Source: an uncultured Chryseobacterium sp.
Lineage (GTDB): Bacteria > Bacteroidota > Bacteroidia > Flavobacteriales > Weeksellaceae
Assembly (NCBI RefSeq): GCF_913777465.1
Contig: NZ_CAJYRQ010000027.1
Length of the DNA stretch: 64,000 nt
Reading direction: 5' to 3' (one strand)
The notes below the pieces were generated by a model that made no database searches, was not told where the DNA came from, and worked only from the letters and a program-made list of their open reading frames with translations. Position numbers and translations under genes: made by a program. Within the stretch, counting starts at the first letter, position 1. Every line of letters begins with the position of its first letter. Below, one piece after another: positions 9,286 through 18,697 of the stretch.

Positions 9286-9468
9286 TGGAAAAAAAAATCC
9301 TGCTGGTCTTTTCTGCGTAAAATCTGCGTTCTGTATCGTGAGAGGCATAATTTACAATTAATTTCTGAAAATAAGTTTAATTCAATAAAAATTTTCTGCA
9401 GCTACTGTAACCTTTTTGATGTTTCATACGTATAATATAATAGAAACTCTTTTTTGAGGATAAAATAG

Positions 9469-10335
9469 ATGAGACAATTAAAAATCACTAAGCAGGTAAC
9501 CAACAGGGAAACTGCTTCATTAGACAAGTATTTGCAGGAAATTGGTAAAGTGGAACTGATTACTGCGGACGAAGAGGTAGATCTGGCACAAAGGATCCGT
9601 GCAGGCGACAGGGCCGCACTGGAAAAACTCATTAAAGCCAACCTCCGTTTCGTAGTTTCCGTATCCAAGCAGTACCAAAATCAGGGTCTTTCTTTACCCG
9701 ATTTGATCAATGAAGGGAATTTAGGACTGATGAAGGCAGCAAAAAGGTATGATGAAACTAGAGGTTTCAAATTTATCTCTTACGCGGTTTGGTGGATCCG
9801 TCAGTCGATCTTACAGGCTTTGGCAGAACAGTCGAGGATTGTAAGGTTGCCGCTGAACAAAATCGGTTCCATCAACAAGATCAACAAAGCTTACGCGCAT
9901 CTTGAGCAGGAAAATGAAAGACCACCTTCCCCGGAAGAGCTGGCTGAAGTTCTCGATATGAGTGAAGAAGACATCAAGGAATCGATGAAAAACTCCGGAA
10001 GGCACCTGTCGATGGATGCACCTTTGGTAGAGGGTGAAGATTCCAATCTTTACGATGTACTGCGTTCAGGAGAATCTCCGAGCCCGGACAAAGACCTGAT
10101 GCTGGAATCGCTTCAGATCGAAATCGAAAGAGCTTTGAATACCCTGACGCCAAGAGAAGCGGATTTGGTACGTTTGTATTTCGGACTGAACGGGAAACAC
10201 CCGATGACGCTGGAAGAAATCGGTGAAACTTTCGACCTTACCAGAGAACGTGTCCGTCAGATCAAAGAAAAAGCGATCAAGAGACTGAAACACAACACCA
10301 GAAGTAAGATCCTGAAATCTTATTTAGGGAAGTAA
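9469..10335 (+). CDS. rpoD: Primary RNA polymerase sigma factor (Bacteroidetes RpoD/SigA, lacks region 1.1)
   Basis: [47 protein letters not shown] and [21 protein letters not shown] motifs. Confidence 0.96.
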   Translation: MRQLKITKQVTNRETASLDKYLQEIGKVELITADEEVDLAQRIRAGDRAALEKLIKANLRFVVSVSKQYQNQGLSLPDLINEGNLGLMKAAKRYDETRGFKFISYAVWWIRQSILQALAEQSRIVRLPLNKIGSINKINKAYAHLEQENERPPSPEELAEVLDMSEEDIKESMKNSGRHLSMDAPLVEGEDSNLYDVLRSGESPSPDKDLMLESLQIEIERALNTLTPREADLVRLYFGLNGKHPMTLEEIGETFDLTRERVRQIKEKAIKRLKHNTRSKILKSYLGK

Positions 10336-10359
10336 TTTTTTAACGAAACATACATACGC

Positions 10360-10387
10360 GGAGCCTGATTTTCAGGCTCCTTTTTTT
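10360..10387 (+). terminator. Intrinsic terminator of rpoD
   Basis: ggagcctga-ttt-tcaggctcc followed by a T-tract. Confidence 0.88.
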
Positions 10388-10554
10388 ATTTTTACGGATG
10401 ATCGTTATTTATTTCACACATCAGGCACAGAGAGATTTTATTGGCCTGCGTATATTTTAGAACACAGGAGATTAAAAATCAGAGATTTTAATATCTAATA
10501 CGTATTTAAAGAAGGTTAAATAACTTTAATTATTTTGCCGTTACATTTTTGTTT

Positions 10555-10989
10555 ATGAATGAACTTTACTTTTTTATCGGAGGATTTATCCTGATTTTTA
10601 CTTTCGCTAATGCTTTCGTTTATTTTTTAAATAAAAGTAATCAGAATCGTTTTTTAAATTTTATCAAAGATAGAAAATACGATATCATCAGAAATGTGGA
10701 AACTGAGATTGAAGCGTATTCGAAATTAGGAGCAAAAATAAGTTATCGAAAAGGTAATATTGTTTTTTTGGAGGATGAAATCTTTATTATTTCTTTCAAT
10801 AAACCGATTATCCAACTTACCAAAGGCCAGGAAAACTTCCCGGGTGTTTTCTGTAAATTTTATTATGACTTTAAAGCAAAAGTAAAACAAAGACTTGAAA
10901 TAAAAAACTCCAATGGCAGTATTAAAGTCAATCTTAATTTCAAAAATACCGGTTTTGATTTAGAAAATCATCTAAAGAAACATATTTGA
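10555..10989 (+). CDS. Hypothetical single-pass membrane protein
   Basis: N-terminal hydrophobic helix followed by a basic soluble domain. AT-rich; no family recognised. Confidence 0.6.
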   Translation: MNELYFFIGGFILIFTFANAFVYFLNKSNQNRFLNFIKDRKYDIIRNVETEIEAYSKLGAKISYRKGNIVFLEDEIFIISFNKPIIQLTKGQENFPGVFCKFYYDFKAKVKQRLEIKNSNGSIKVNLNFKNTGFDLENHLKKHI

Positions 10990-11103
10990 CAACGGTTTGT
11001 TTTGGTTCCTTTTTCTACAACATAAACTTAACAGATAATTAACCCGAACGAAATCCCGTTCATCATATAATCCGATAGCTTCGCATCCATTAAATTATTA
11101 ATT

Positions 11104-12351
11104 ATGATTCAGAAAAAATTTCCTGGATGGATGCTTTTATGTGCCCTGACCGGCGTCGGATGCCAAAACAATGCCCTGCCTTCGACAGAAGAAGAGCAGT
11201 CTTTAAAAACCATTACCGGCAGAGCATCGCTGGATGCGGAAGTCAATGTAAATGCTTATGTGGATACGGGTACTTATATCAATTCCGGTTTCAGTTTTTT
11301 AAATCCGTCACAGATCAATAAGAACCGCCAGGCCATCGGCGGAAGTGCTTATACCGAAGTCTACGGTTTCAACATTCCTGAAGAAAACCGGGTAAGGGGC
11401 ATCCGCTGGAATACCGATGATGAAACGACACCGCTCTGGAGACCTCAGGGAATTGCCGGATTCAGCAAAGACGGCGTGCGCTATCTTCTGGTGAGCTGGT
11501 ACGCCAAAGATGAAGCGGCTTTCAAAGGCTCGCGCATTACCCTGATTGACATCAGTCCAAGTTCAAGCACATATCTTACCTACCGCCATATCCTTCTGGT
11601 ACAGCCTGATGTTCCGGCAGGCTCGACGGGTTATTCACAGTACGGCACTTACGCCCCACTCAATGTGCATGCCGGTGGAATGGCTTATTTTAAGGGAAAA
11701 CTCTATATCAGCAGTACGAATCTGGGAGTGCGTATATTCGATCTGAATAAAATCATCGAAGTAAGCACCGGCGATGCAACCAATGACAAATGCGGTAAGG
11801 ATGCGAACGGTAATTTATTCGCTTTCACTTACCGGTATATCCTGCCACAGACAGGATATCAGAAAATCAACAATGCCAATCCTTTCTCTACGATTCAGGT
11901 GAATGCCGAAGGTACGCAGTTCTGGACCGGACAGTATTATTCTGGCAGCGCAGATGCTTCCATCGTTCCCAAAGTCTTCGGATTTCCTGTTGATGCAAAC
12001 GGGATTATCCAGAATACCGGCATCGTATCGGTTGCCCCGAAGAACAGCCTCTTCATCGACAACCATGCCCACGGGATACAGGGCGTATTCAGAAAAGGCA
12101 ACCGGACCTGGCTTTCCTGCACCGGATCTCCGAGCAATTCGTACGGATCCAATGCAAGACTGGCCCGTTACACCGACGGCGCTGACGATACCGTGCGTTT
12201 CCGATGGCCTTACGGAGCCGAATCGCTTTACTATGAATCCCAATACAATTATCTTTGGAGCCTCACCGAATTTGAGCCTAATGCCGGCGCACAAAACGGA
12301 AGCCAGGTGAACCGGTGTATCTTTGCCGTTGATTTTTCCAAATATGAATAG
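11104..12351 (+). CDS. Secreted lipoprotein of unknown function (probable beta-propeller-like fold)
   Basis: Lipobox LTGVGC, 415-aa open frame, beta-rich repeated segments, and motifs WRPQGI, LVSWY, HAGG, WPYGAESL and LWSLTEF. Confidence 0.75.
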   Translation: MIQKKFPGWMLLCALTGVGCQNNALPSTEEEQSLKTITGRASLDAEVNVNAYVDTGTYINSGFSFLNPSQINKNRQAIGGSAYTEVYGFNIPEENRVRGIRWNTDDETTPLWRPQGIAGFSKDGVRYLLVSWYAKDEAAFKGSRITLIDISPSSSTYLTYRHILLVQPDVPAGSTGYSQYGTYAPLNVHAGGMAYFKGKLYISSTNLGVRIFDLNKIIEVSTGDATNDKCGKDANGNLFAFTYRYILPQTGYQKINNANPFSTIQVNAEGTQFWTGQYYSGSADASIVPKVFGFPVDANGIIQNTGIVSVAPKNSLFIDNHAHGIQGVFRKGNRTWLSCTGSPSNSYGSNARLARYTDGADDTVRFRWPYGAESLYYESQYNYLWSLTEFEPNAGAQNGSQVNRCIFAVDFSKYE

Positions 12352-12362
12352 AAATTAAGCAG

Positions 12363-12391
12363 GCTGGAAGCAGGATGCCGGAAGCTGGAAG
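12363..12391 (+). repeat. GCTGGAAG-family dispersed repeat (copy 1 of at least 5)
   Basis: gctggaagcaggatgccggaagctggaag. Similar copies at 16552-16580, 39559-39587, 39788-39816 and 50154-50182. Confidence 0.7.
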
Positions 12392-12493
12392 TTTTTTGTC
12401 AGTCTATATTGATGTAAGCCGAAGAAAAGACCAGTCTACCCTTTTGAAAGAAAATTTCCGTTATCCTAAAGAGAAATAACCACAAGTAAATCT

Positions 12494-12584
12494 GCCCTGG
12501 AAAGGCTTGATTATCATAACCCCGGGTTTTACCCGGGGCTTAAACGAAAGCAGAAGGCCGTAAAAAGCACTGAAGGGGCGCAAC
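12494..12584. repeat. REP/REPIN-like element (gccctggaaaggc ... ccccgggt-ttt-acccgggg ... gcactgaaggggc)
   Basis: Near-perfect hairpin aaccccgggt/acccggggct at ~12518-12540, flanked by two GC(C/A)CTG.A.GG.C units. Confidence 0.55.
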
Positions 12585-12798
12585 CGGTTTAGAGATAAAC
12601 GGAAAACAATAAATACCAAATATTTATCAAGTCCTTTTATGACTGAATTATTTAAATTACCGAAATAAATTAAACCATCAAATTCACGTTAAATAAGAAG
12701 TTCCACTTATTATAAAAATAACGTAACCTAAACTTCTTCAATAAGGAAATTTCAAACATTTAAAATTTTAAGCTATCTTCAGGGCTTAATAAGGAAAA

Positions 12799-14022
12799 AT
12801 GCATAATAATTCAGAAGAAAACAAAATAGCAAAAGATAAAAATATTCTGGTTGTTTTAAATAACCGTCAGGAAATCAATCAGGAACTGCAGTACCTGATC
12901 GGTCATTTCTGCGGAACTGTAGTTGATGACTTAAATGCGGATTTTAAGAATAAAAAAATATACATCTGCGGGGATTTAAATAACCTTACTGAAAGCACCC
13001 ATTTTCTGCATGTTATTAAAGAGTTGTCGGTAAATTACGAAAATATTAATGAAGATCAATACGAGATTCTAAATCTCGGAACGGTCCCTGTGATCATCAG
13101 TAATGCAGGCGTTTATTTCCGGAAACTTTTTCAGGAAGAGAATATTTTTGATAAGGTAAAATCCGAACATCAATTTCAGGAGCTTACCGAATCCAACAAA
13201 AAAGCAAAAGCATTAAGGAAAGGGATCTACCTGAGTAAAGTTACCAATAAGCCTGGTAAAAACGGTGAAGAAGAACTGCATTTCAACCTTCTGCGATGTT
13301 CCAGCAATCTAACGGGTCCAACGGATAATTTCAGGGAAACGGACCACAAAATCATTTCTCTGCTTAACCGATGTGTTGAAGAAGCTTTTGAATATAAAAC
13401 CGATCTGAATCATGCCTTGGTGCAGATCTATGAAAATAAAAAGAAAACTACGGATACCGAAAAGGAAGTCAAAGCCAAAATCAAAGCCCATTCCGACAAA
13501 ACGAAGGATATGCCGAGAGAAGGACTGATTGCCTTCTGTACCTTTTATGAGAATACCCATTCCGGACATTTAAACCCGTCACAAACAGACCGCTTTGATG
13601 TATGTTACAAGCAGACCAGTGCATTAACCAGGCTTCATTTCAGACTTAAGAAAACCGTAGAAGACAAATCTTTGGAAAAAGAATTTACCGTGACTTTATA
13701 TCCGGATTCCGCATTTATCATTCCGCTATCCACCAACCGGCTGTATACGCATGAGATCCGGCCTTCTATTTTGGGTGTTGAGCAGATTCCGGTAAGAATG
13801 GGATATGTGGTCCGATGCTCAAATCTGGAAGCGATTTATAAAAACAACCAGACCTACATTAAAGAAAATGATGAATACGTTATGCTGGAAGAAATGAATT
13901 CTGAAATGCATGCTGAACTGAAAAATTCATATTATGAAGAAAATATGACTGAGCATATGGTGGAATATAAGAAAACACATTTCAGTATGAATTCCGGTGA
14001 TTACGAAAAACCAATGTTGTAA
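12799..14022 (+). CDS. AlkB-like 2OG-Fe(II) dioxygenase with an extra N-terminal domain
   Basis: HxD motif (AHSDKTKD), distal His (LYTHEIRP) and RxxxxxR (RMGYVVR). Paralogous to the next ORF. Confidence 0.68.
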   Translation: MHNNSEENKIAKDKNILVVLNNRQEINQELQYLIGHFCGTVVDDLNADFKNKKIYICGDLNNLTESTHFLHVIKELSVNYENINEDQYEILNLGTVPVIISNAGVYFRKLFQEENIFDKVKSEHQFQELTESNKKAKALRKGIYLSKVTNKPGKNGEEELHFNLLRCSSNLTGPTDNFRETDHKIISLLNRCVEEAFEYKTDLNHALVQIYENKKKTTDTEKEVKAKIKAHSDKTKDMPREGLIAFCTFYENTHSGHLNPSQTDRFDVCYKQTSALTRLHFRLKKTVEDKSLEKEFTVTLYPDSAFIIPLSTNRLYTHEIRPSILGVEQIPVRMGYVVRCSNLEAIYKNNQTYIKENDEYVMLEEMNSEMHAELKNSYYEENMTEHMVEYKKTHFSMNSGDYEKPML

Positions 14023-14822
14023 TGAACGGTTCCGGATTTTATCAATTAATTTTACCTTCAGAACAGAGCTTGTTCGAAAAACTGACGAACGCTGTTGATT
14101 TTGAAATAACAGGAAAAGGCAGGCTGGGCAATCATCTGGTAAAAGAAAACAACGGAATAATCCCGCTTGTAAGAACAACAACGCGATTCCAAAATCGTGC
14201 AGGCTTATTTTGTAATATCCACCTCCAAATTATCAAAAAGATAAATGCGTTTATTTTATCTGAAAACCTGGAGGTGCCTGAACAGGATTTTAACAATGCC
14301 CTGGCCGAAGTGTACGACTCTTCTTATACTAAAATGGGTTACCATTCCGACCAGGCTCTGGATCTGGAGGATTATTCTTTTATCGCGCTGTTTTCCTGTT
14401 ATGAAAATCCTGATATGTTGCAGGAAAGCCAGAAAAGGAAGATGATCATAAAAAATAAGATGACCGGAGAGGAATCTGAAATCGTATTGCACAACGATTC
14501 CGTAATTCTGTTTTCTCTAGAAACCAATAAAAAATTCCAGCATAAGATCATTTCCGATCTGAAGCAGAATTCCAAAGACCTGATAGAGACCCGCTGGCAT
14601 GGAATAACATTCAGGACGTCCAAAACCTTCATCCACTTTGAAGATAACCAACCTTATTTTCAGACCGGAGAATTATTGACTTTGGCTGATGAAGAAAGAG
14701 AAAAAGAGTTCTTTCAGCTAAGGGGCCAGGAAAACAGGTCGCCGGATTTTATTTATCCTGATGTCTTTTATACGATAAGCCCTGCCGATCTTTTGATTCC
14801 AGGAAACAAAAATACCCTTTAA
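14022..14822 (+). CDS. AlkB-like 2OG-Fe(II) dioxygenase
   Basis: FNNALAEVY, MGYHSDQALDL (HxD), FQHKII (His) and ITFRTSK motifs. TAATG overlap with the upstream gene. Confidence 0.75.
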   Translation: MNGSGFYQLILPSEQSLFEKLTNAVDFEITGKGRLGNHLVKENNGIIPLVRTTTRFQNRAGLFCNIHLQIIKKINAFILSENLEVPEQDFNNALAEVYDSSYTKMGYHSDQALDLEDYSFIALFSCYENPDMLQESQKRKMIIKNKMTGEESEIVLHNDSVILFSLETNKKFQHKIISDLKQNSKDLIETRWHGITFRTSKTFIHFEDNQPYFQTGELLTLADEEREKEFFQLRGQENRSPDFIYPDVFYTISPADLLIPGNKNTL

Positions 14823-14827
14823 AGTAT

Positions 14828-15430
14828 ATGACCATGAAAAAAACATTATTCATCACTCCTCTGCTTATCCTGTTATTTTCATGCGGGAAAAACAAATCTG
14901 AAAATAAGCCTTTGATCGAAAATGCAATTGATAATACGGATTCGTCGCTGAAAGGTTCATTTGAGGGCAGCCGTTACGATGATAATATGATCGATAAAAT
15001 TTATTCTGAATTAATTAAAAACGACAACAGATTATCTGCTCTTGACGATAAAATTCTAAAAATCCACGAAGTGGAATCAAAGGTCATTCACCCATATGAA
15101 AATATATTCATAAAATCTGATGGTTATTACCGTGATGCTAAGATTCAGACCAACAGCATAACAGATTCGACTCTGAAACATCAAATTGAAGATGAGATTA
15201 AATTAAGCGTCGAAAAATATGATTTAAAAGTAAAAAACATCAAGGCTTTAATTTCGCGGATTTCTAAAAATACGGAGACCATCAATAATTTATATACGGC
15301 ATTCAAAATCAGGAAAACCCTGCCGGAAATTGAAAAATACCAGAATGCCCACCCGTTGAAAACAGACAGCCTGGAGCATTTCATCGGTAAGCAGAACCAA
15401 TTGCTGAATGCGCTGAAAAACATAAAATAA
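14828..15430 (+). CDS. Hypothetical lipoprotein (coiled-coil rich)
   Basis: Lipobox LLFSC after MKKTLFITPLLI, with a helical heptad pattern. Confidence 0.75.
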   Translation: MTMKKTLFITPLLILLFSCGKNKSENKPLIENAIDNTDSSLKGSFEGSRYDDNMIDKIYSELIKNDNRLSALDDKILKIHEVESKVIHPYENIFIKSDGYYRDAKIQTNSITDSTLKHQIEDEIKLSVEKYDLKVKNIKALISRISKNTETINNLYTAFKIRKTLPEIEKYQNAHPLKTDSLEHFIGKQNQLLNALKNIK

Positions 15431-16548
15431 TGAATCCCATTTCAATTATCGGAGCCGGAATCGGAGGCTTAACCCTTGCGAATATCCTGAAAAAACAAAA
15501 CCTGGATTTTGCCCTGTATGAATCCGCCCCGGAAATAAAGCCTGTGGGTTCAGGAATTATGATGGCCATTAATGCGATGCAGATCTTTGACAAGCTCGGA
15601 CTGAAAGAACGGATTGAAAAAGCCGGTCATAAAATCCACAGTATTTCCGTAACCGACCGGCACCTGAAAAATATTTCAACCACGAATGTTCTGGCCCTGG
15701 AAAAGAAATACAATTCCTGCAATGTCGCCATTCACCGGGCAGATCTTCAGCGGATTTTGGCAGAAAACATTGGTTTTGAAAAGATTAACCTGCAGCATGC
15801 CCTGACGGAAATCAGGAAAGAAGAAAATTACCGGCTCCATTTTGAAAATGGCAGTGAAATCGAAAGCCGCATTGTTTTCGGAGCCGATGGGATCCATTCG
15901 AAAATCAGAAATCAGATATTGCAGACCGGAAAAATCCGGGATACCGGACAGATCTGCTGGCGAGGGCTTGCCGAATTTGACCTGCCGGAAAGATACCACC
16001 GTGAAGCTGTAGAAGCCTGGGGCAAAGGAAAGCGTTTCGGCTTCGTGAAGATGACCGGTAAAAAAATATACTGGTATGCCGTTATCAATCAGGGACTGCA
16101 CAAGCGGTACCGGAACATTGCCGAAAATTTCGACGGCTTTCATCCGATGATGATTGATATGATCAACGCCACCCTGCCGGAAAATCTGATCCTGAATACA
16201 CTTACCGATCTGGCGCCCATTCCCAGATGGTATGCTGATAACTTATGCCTCATTGGCGATGCCGCCCATGCCACAACCCCTAATCTGGGCCAGGGCGCCT
16301 GTCAGTCGATTGAAGACGCTTACATCATCGGAAAACTGCTGGAGCGTACGGACAATTTCAACCGGGTGTTTGAAGATTTTCAGAAAATAAGAAGGAAAAA
16401 AGTGGATTACGTAGTGGATACCAGCTGGAAAATCGGACAATTCTCCCAGTGGGAAAAAGCAACGGTTCTCCGGAATTTCATGATGCGGATGGTTCCGGAA
16501 TATTTCAACCGTAAAATGATCGAACGGGTTGTGGAACTGGAAATGTGA
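15430..16548 (+). CDS. FAD-dependent monooxygenase (group A, aromatic hydroxylase-like)
   Basis: IIGAGIGG (FAD), GADG and IGDAAHATTPNLGQG motifs. TAATG overlap with the lipoprotein gene. Confidence 0.9.
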   Translation: MNPISIIGAGIGGLTLANILKKQNLDFALYESAPEIKPVGSGIMMAINAMQIFDKLGLKERIEKAGHKIHSISVTDRHLKNISTTNVLALEKKYNSCNVAIHRADLQRILAENIGFEKINLQHALTEIRKEENYRLHFENGSEIESRIVFGADGIHSKIRNQILQTGKIRDTGQICWRGLAEFDLPERYHREAVEAWGKGKRFGFVKMTGKKIYWYAVINQGLHKRYRNIAENFDGFHPMMIDMINATLPENLILNTLTDLAPIPRWYADNLCLIGDAAHATTPNLGQGACQSIEDAYIIGKLLERTDNFNRVFEDFQKIRRKKVDYVVDTSWKIGQFSQWEKATVLRNFMMRMVPEYFNRKMIERVVELEM

Positions 16549-16705
16549 TAAGCTGGAAGAAGGAAGCTGGAGAATGAAAGTTTTCTAGTTTATGAAACAG
16601 CTATTAATTCTCACTTAAAAATTTTTATCATTTATTCGGCCAATTATTTATAAAAATAAACAGGAATACTGAAATATTAGTTTAAAAAACCCGAAATTTG
16701 CAGAC

Positions 16706-17365
16706 ATGAGCATTCAGGAAAATTATAACCGCATTAAAAACCAACTTCCTTCAGACGTAGAACTGGTAGCCGTTTCCAAAACGCATCCGGTTTCGGCGAT
16801 CCGGGAAGTTTATGATCTGGGACAAAGGGTTTTCGGGGAAAATAAAGTTCAGGAAGTAACGGAGAAATACCCGCTCCTTCCAAAAGATATCCAATGGCAC
16901 CTCATCGGGCATCTTCAGACCAATAAAGTAAAATACATTGCCGGATTTATCGACACCATCCAGAGTGTGGATTCTGAAAAGCTGATCCGCGAAATCAATA
17001 AGGAAGCGGCCAAGCACAATCGTAAGATCAAGGTCCTGCTTCAGGTAAAAATCGCTGAGGAGGAAAGTAAATTCGGACTGGAAATCAGCGAAGCCAAAGA
17101 CCTGTTTGAAAAGTACCTCAGCGGAGAATATCAGAATATTGAGATCACCGGATTAATGGGAATGGCCACTTTTACAGAAGATCAGGAGCAGATTAAAAAG
17201 GAGTTTCTAACCCTCAAAAATCTTTTTGACGAATTAAATAAATTCAAAAAGCTGGAAACCCTGTCCATGGGTATGAGCGATGACTTTCCGGTGGCGATCG
17301 AATGCGGCGCGAATTCCATCCGCGTCGGCTCGGCTATTTTCGGGCGAAGGGATTATTCCCAATAG
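16706..17365 (+). CDS. yggS: YggS/PLPBP pyridoxal phosphate homeostasis protein
   Basis: LVAVSKT (PLP Lys), FGENKVQE, WHLIGHLQTNK, GLMGM, LSMGMSDDF and IRVGSAIFG motifs. Confidence 0.95.
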   Translation: MSIQENYNRIKNQLPSDVELVAVSKTHPVSAIREVYDLGQRVFGENKVQEVTEKYPLLPKDIQWHLIGHLQTNKVKYIAGFIDTIQSVDSEKLIREINKEAAKHNRKIKVLLQVKIAEEESKFGLEISEAKDLFEKYLSGEYQNIEITGLMGMATFTEDQEQIKKEFLTLKNLFDELNKFKKLETLSMGMSDDFPVAIECGANSIRVGSAIFGRRDYSQ

Positions 17366-17421
17366 TGGATTAGGTACGGTTTTTGCTAATAATTCAATCT
17401 AAAAAATCTAAATTTGCAACT

Positions 17422-18606
17422 ATGCAAAAAATCCTTATTGTAGAAGACGAAAAAGCCATCTCAGGAGTACTCCAAAGTATCCTTTCTGACGAACTCACCG
17501 AATATGAATTTGTAATTGCCGAAGACGGACTTGAAGGTTATAAGCAGATCGAAAAAGAAGATTTCGCACTGGTTATTTCAGACATCAAAATGCCTAAACT
17601 TTCCGGAACCGAACTTTTGAAACAGAGTCTGGCCTTAAAACCGGAATCCACTTTTATCATGATTTCAGGACACGCAGACATTGATTCTGCAGTTTCCTGC
17701 CTGAGAGAAGGAGCTTACGATTTCATATCCAAACCGATTGACATCAACCGACTGATTACCAGTGTTAAAAATGCTTTAGCCAAAGAAACGCTGAAGAAAG
17801 AAAACAAAAATCTTCAGACCGAAAACAAAACGCTGAAGAGAAAGGTAAACAAAAAGTACCAGATGATCGGTGAATCGGCAGGCCTGAAGAAGATCCAGGA
17901 GATGATCGAGAAAGTGGCCGTGTCTGATGCAAGGGTTTTGATTACGGGACCGAACGGTGCCGGTAAAGAACTGGTAGCCCATGCCATCCACAACCAGAGC
18001 GACCGGGCAAGAGGTCCTATGGTTGAAGTGAACTGCGCCGCCATTCCGTCGGAACTTATTGAATCCGAATTGTTCGGGCACGTTAAAGGATCTTTTACAG
18101 GTGCTATCAAGGACAAGCAGGGGAAATTCGAGCAGGCCAACGGCGGTACGATTTTCCTGGATGAAATCGGAGATATGAGCTTAATTGCCCAGGCCAAAGT
18201 TTTGAGAGCGCTTCAGGAAAGCAAAGTTTCACCTGTGGGCAGCGATAAGGAAATAAAAGTTGACGTAAGGGTTCTTGCAGCAACCAATAAAAACATGCAG
18301 AAGGAAATTGAAGCCGGAAGATTCAGGGAAGACCTTTACCACAGGCTTTCGGTAATCGAGATCTATGTTCCGCCTTTGGATGAAAGAAAAGAAGACATCA
18401 GGCTTTTGGTTGAACACTTCTCCGGAATGATCGCCGATGAACACGGTACAGCTGTCAAAAAGTTTGACGATAAGGCAATTGATGCGTTAAAAGCGCTTTC
18501 ATGGACCGGGAACATCAGGGAGCTGAGAAACGTTGTGGAACGTTTGATTATTTTAGGAGGAAACACGGTTTCTGCCGATGACGTTGCAAGCTTTGTAAGG
18601 AAATAA
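17422..18606 (+). CDS. Sigma54-type response regulator (receiver + AAA+), no C-terminal HTH
   Basis: Receiver (VEDE, ISDIKMP), Walker A GPNGAGKE, GSFTGA, LFLDEIG-like TIFLDEIG, FREDLYHRL and WTGNIREL. Ends ~25 aa later. Confidence 0.9.
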   Translation: MQKILIVEDEKAISGVLQSILSDELTEYEFVIAEDGLEGYKQIEKEDFALVISDIKMPKLSGTELLKQSLALKPESTFIMISGHADIDSAVSCLREGAYDFISKPIDINRLITSVKNALAKETLKKENKNLQTENKTLKRKVNKKYQMIGESAGLKKIQEMIEKVAVSDARVLITGPNGAGKELVAHAIHNQSDRARGPMVEVNCAAIPSELIESELFGHVKGSFTGAIKDKQGKFEQANGGTIFLDEIGDMSLIAQAKVLRALQESKVSPVGSDKEIKVDVRVLAATNKNMQKEIEAGRFREDLYHRLSVIEIYVPPLDERKEDIRLLVEHFSGMIADEHGTAVKKFDDKAIDALKALSWTGNIRELRNVVERLIILGGNTVSADDVASFVRK

Positions 18607-18633
18607 TGTAATTATTACTTAAAATAAATGAAG

Positions 18634-18668
18634 AAAATTGCAGTACCGTTTGATACTGCAATTTTTTT
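18634..18668 (+). terminator. Intrinsic terminator
   Basis: aaaattgcagta...tactgcaatttt hairpin followed by a T-tract. Confidence 0.75.
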
Positions 18669-18697
18669 TGATTAAACGATACGATGAATAAACGATT

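Noticed and set aside
15430-16548. FAD monooxygenase as TetX
   Set aside because: Only generic group A flavoprotein motifs; I see no TetX-specific sequence resemblance.
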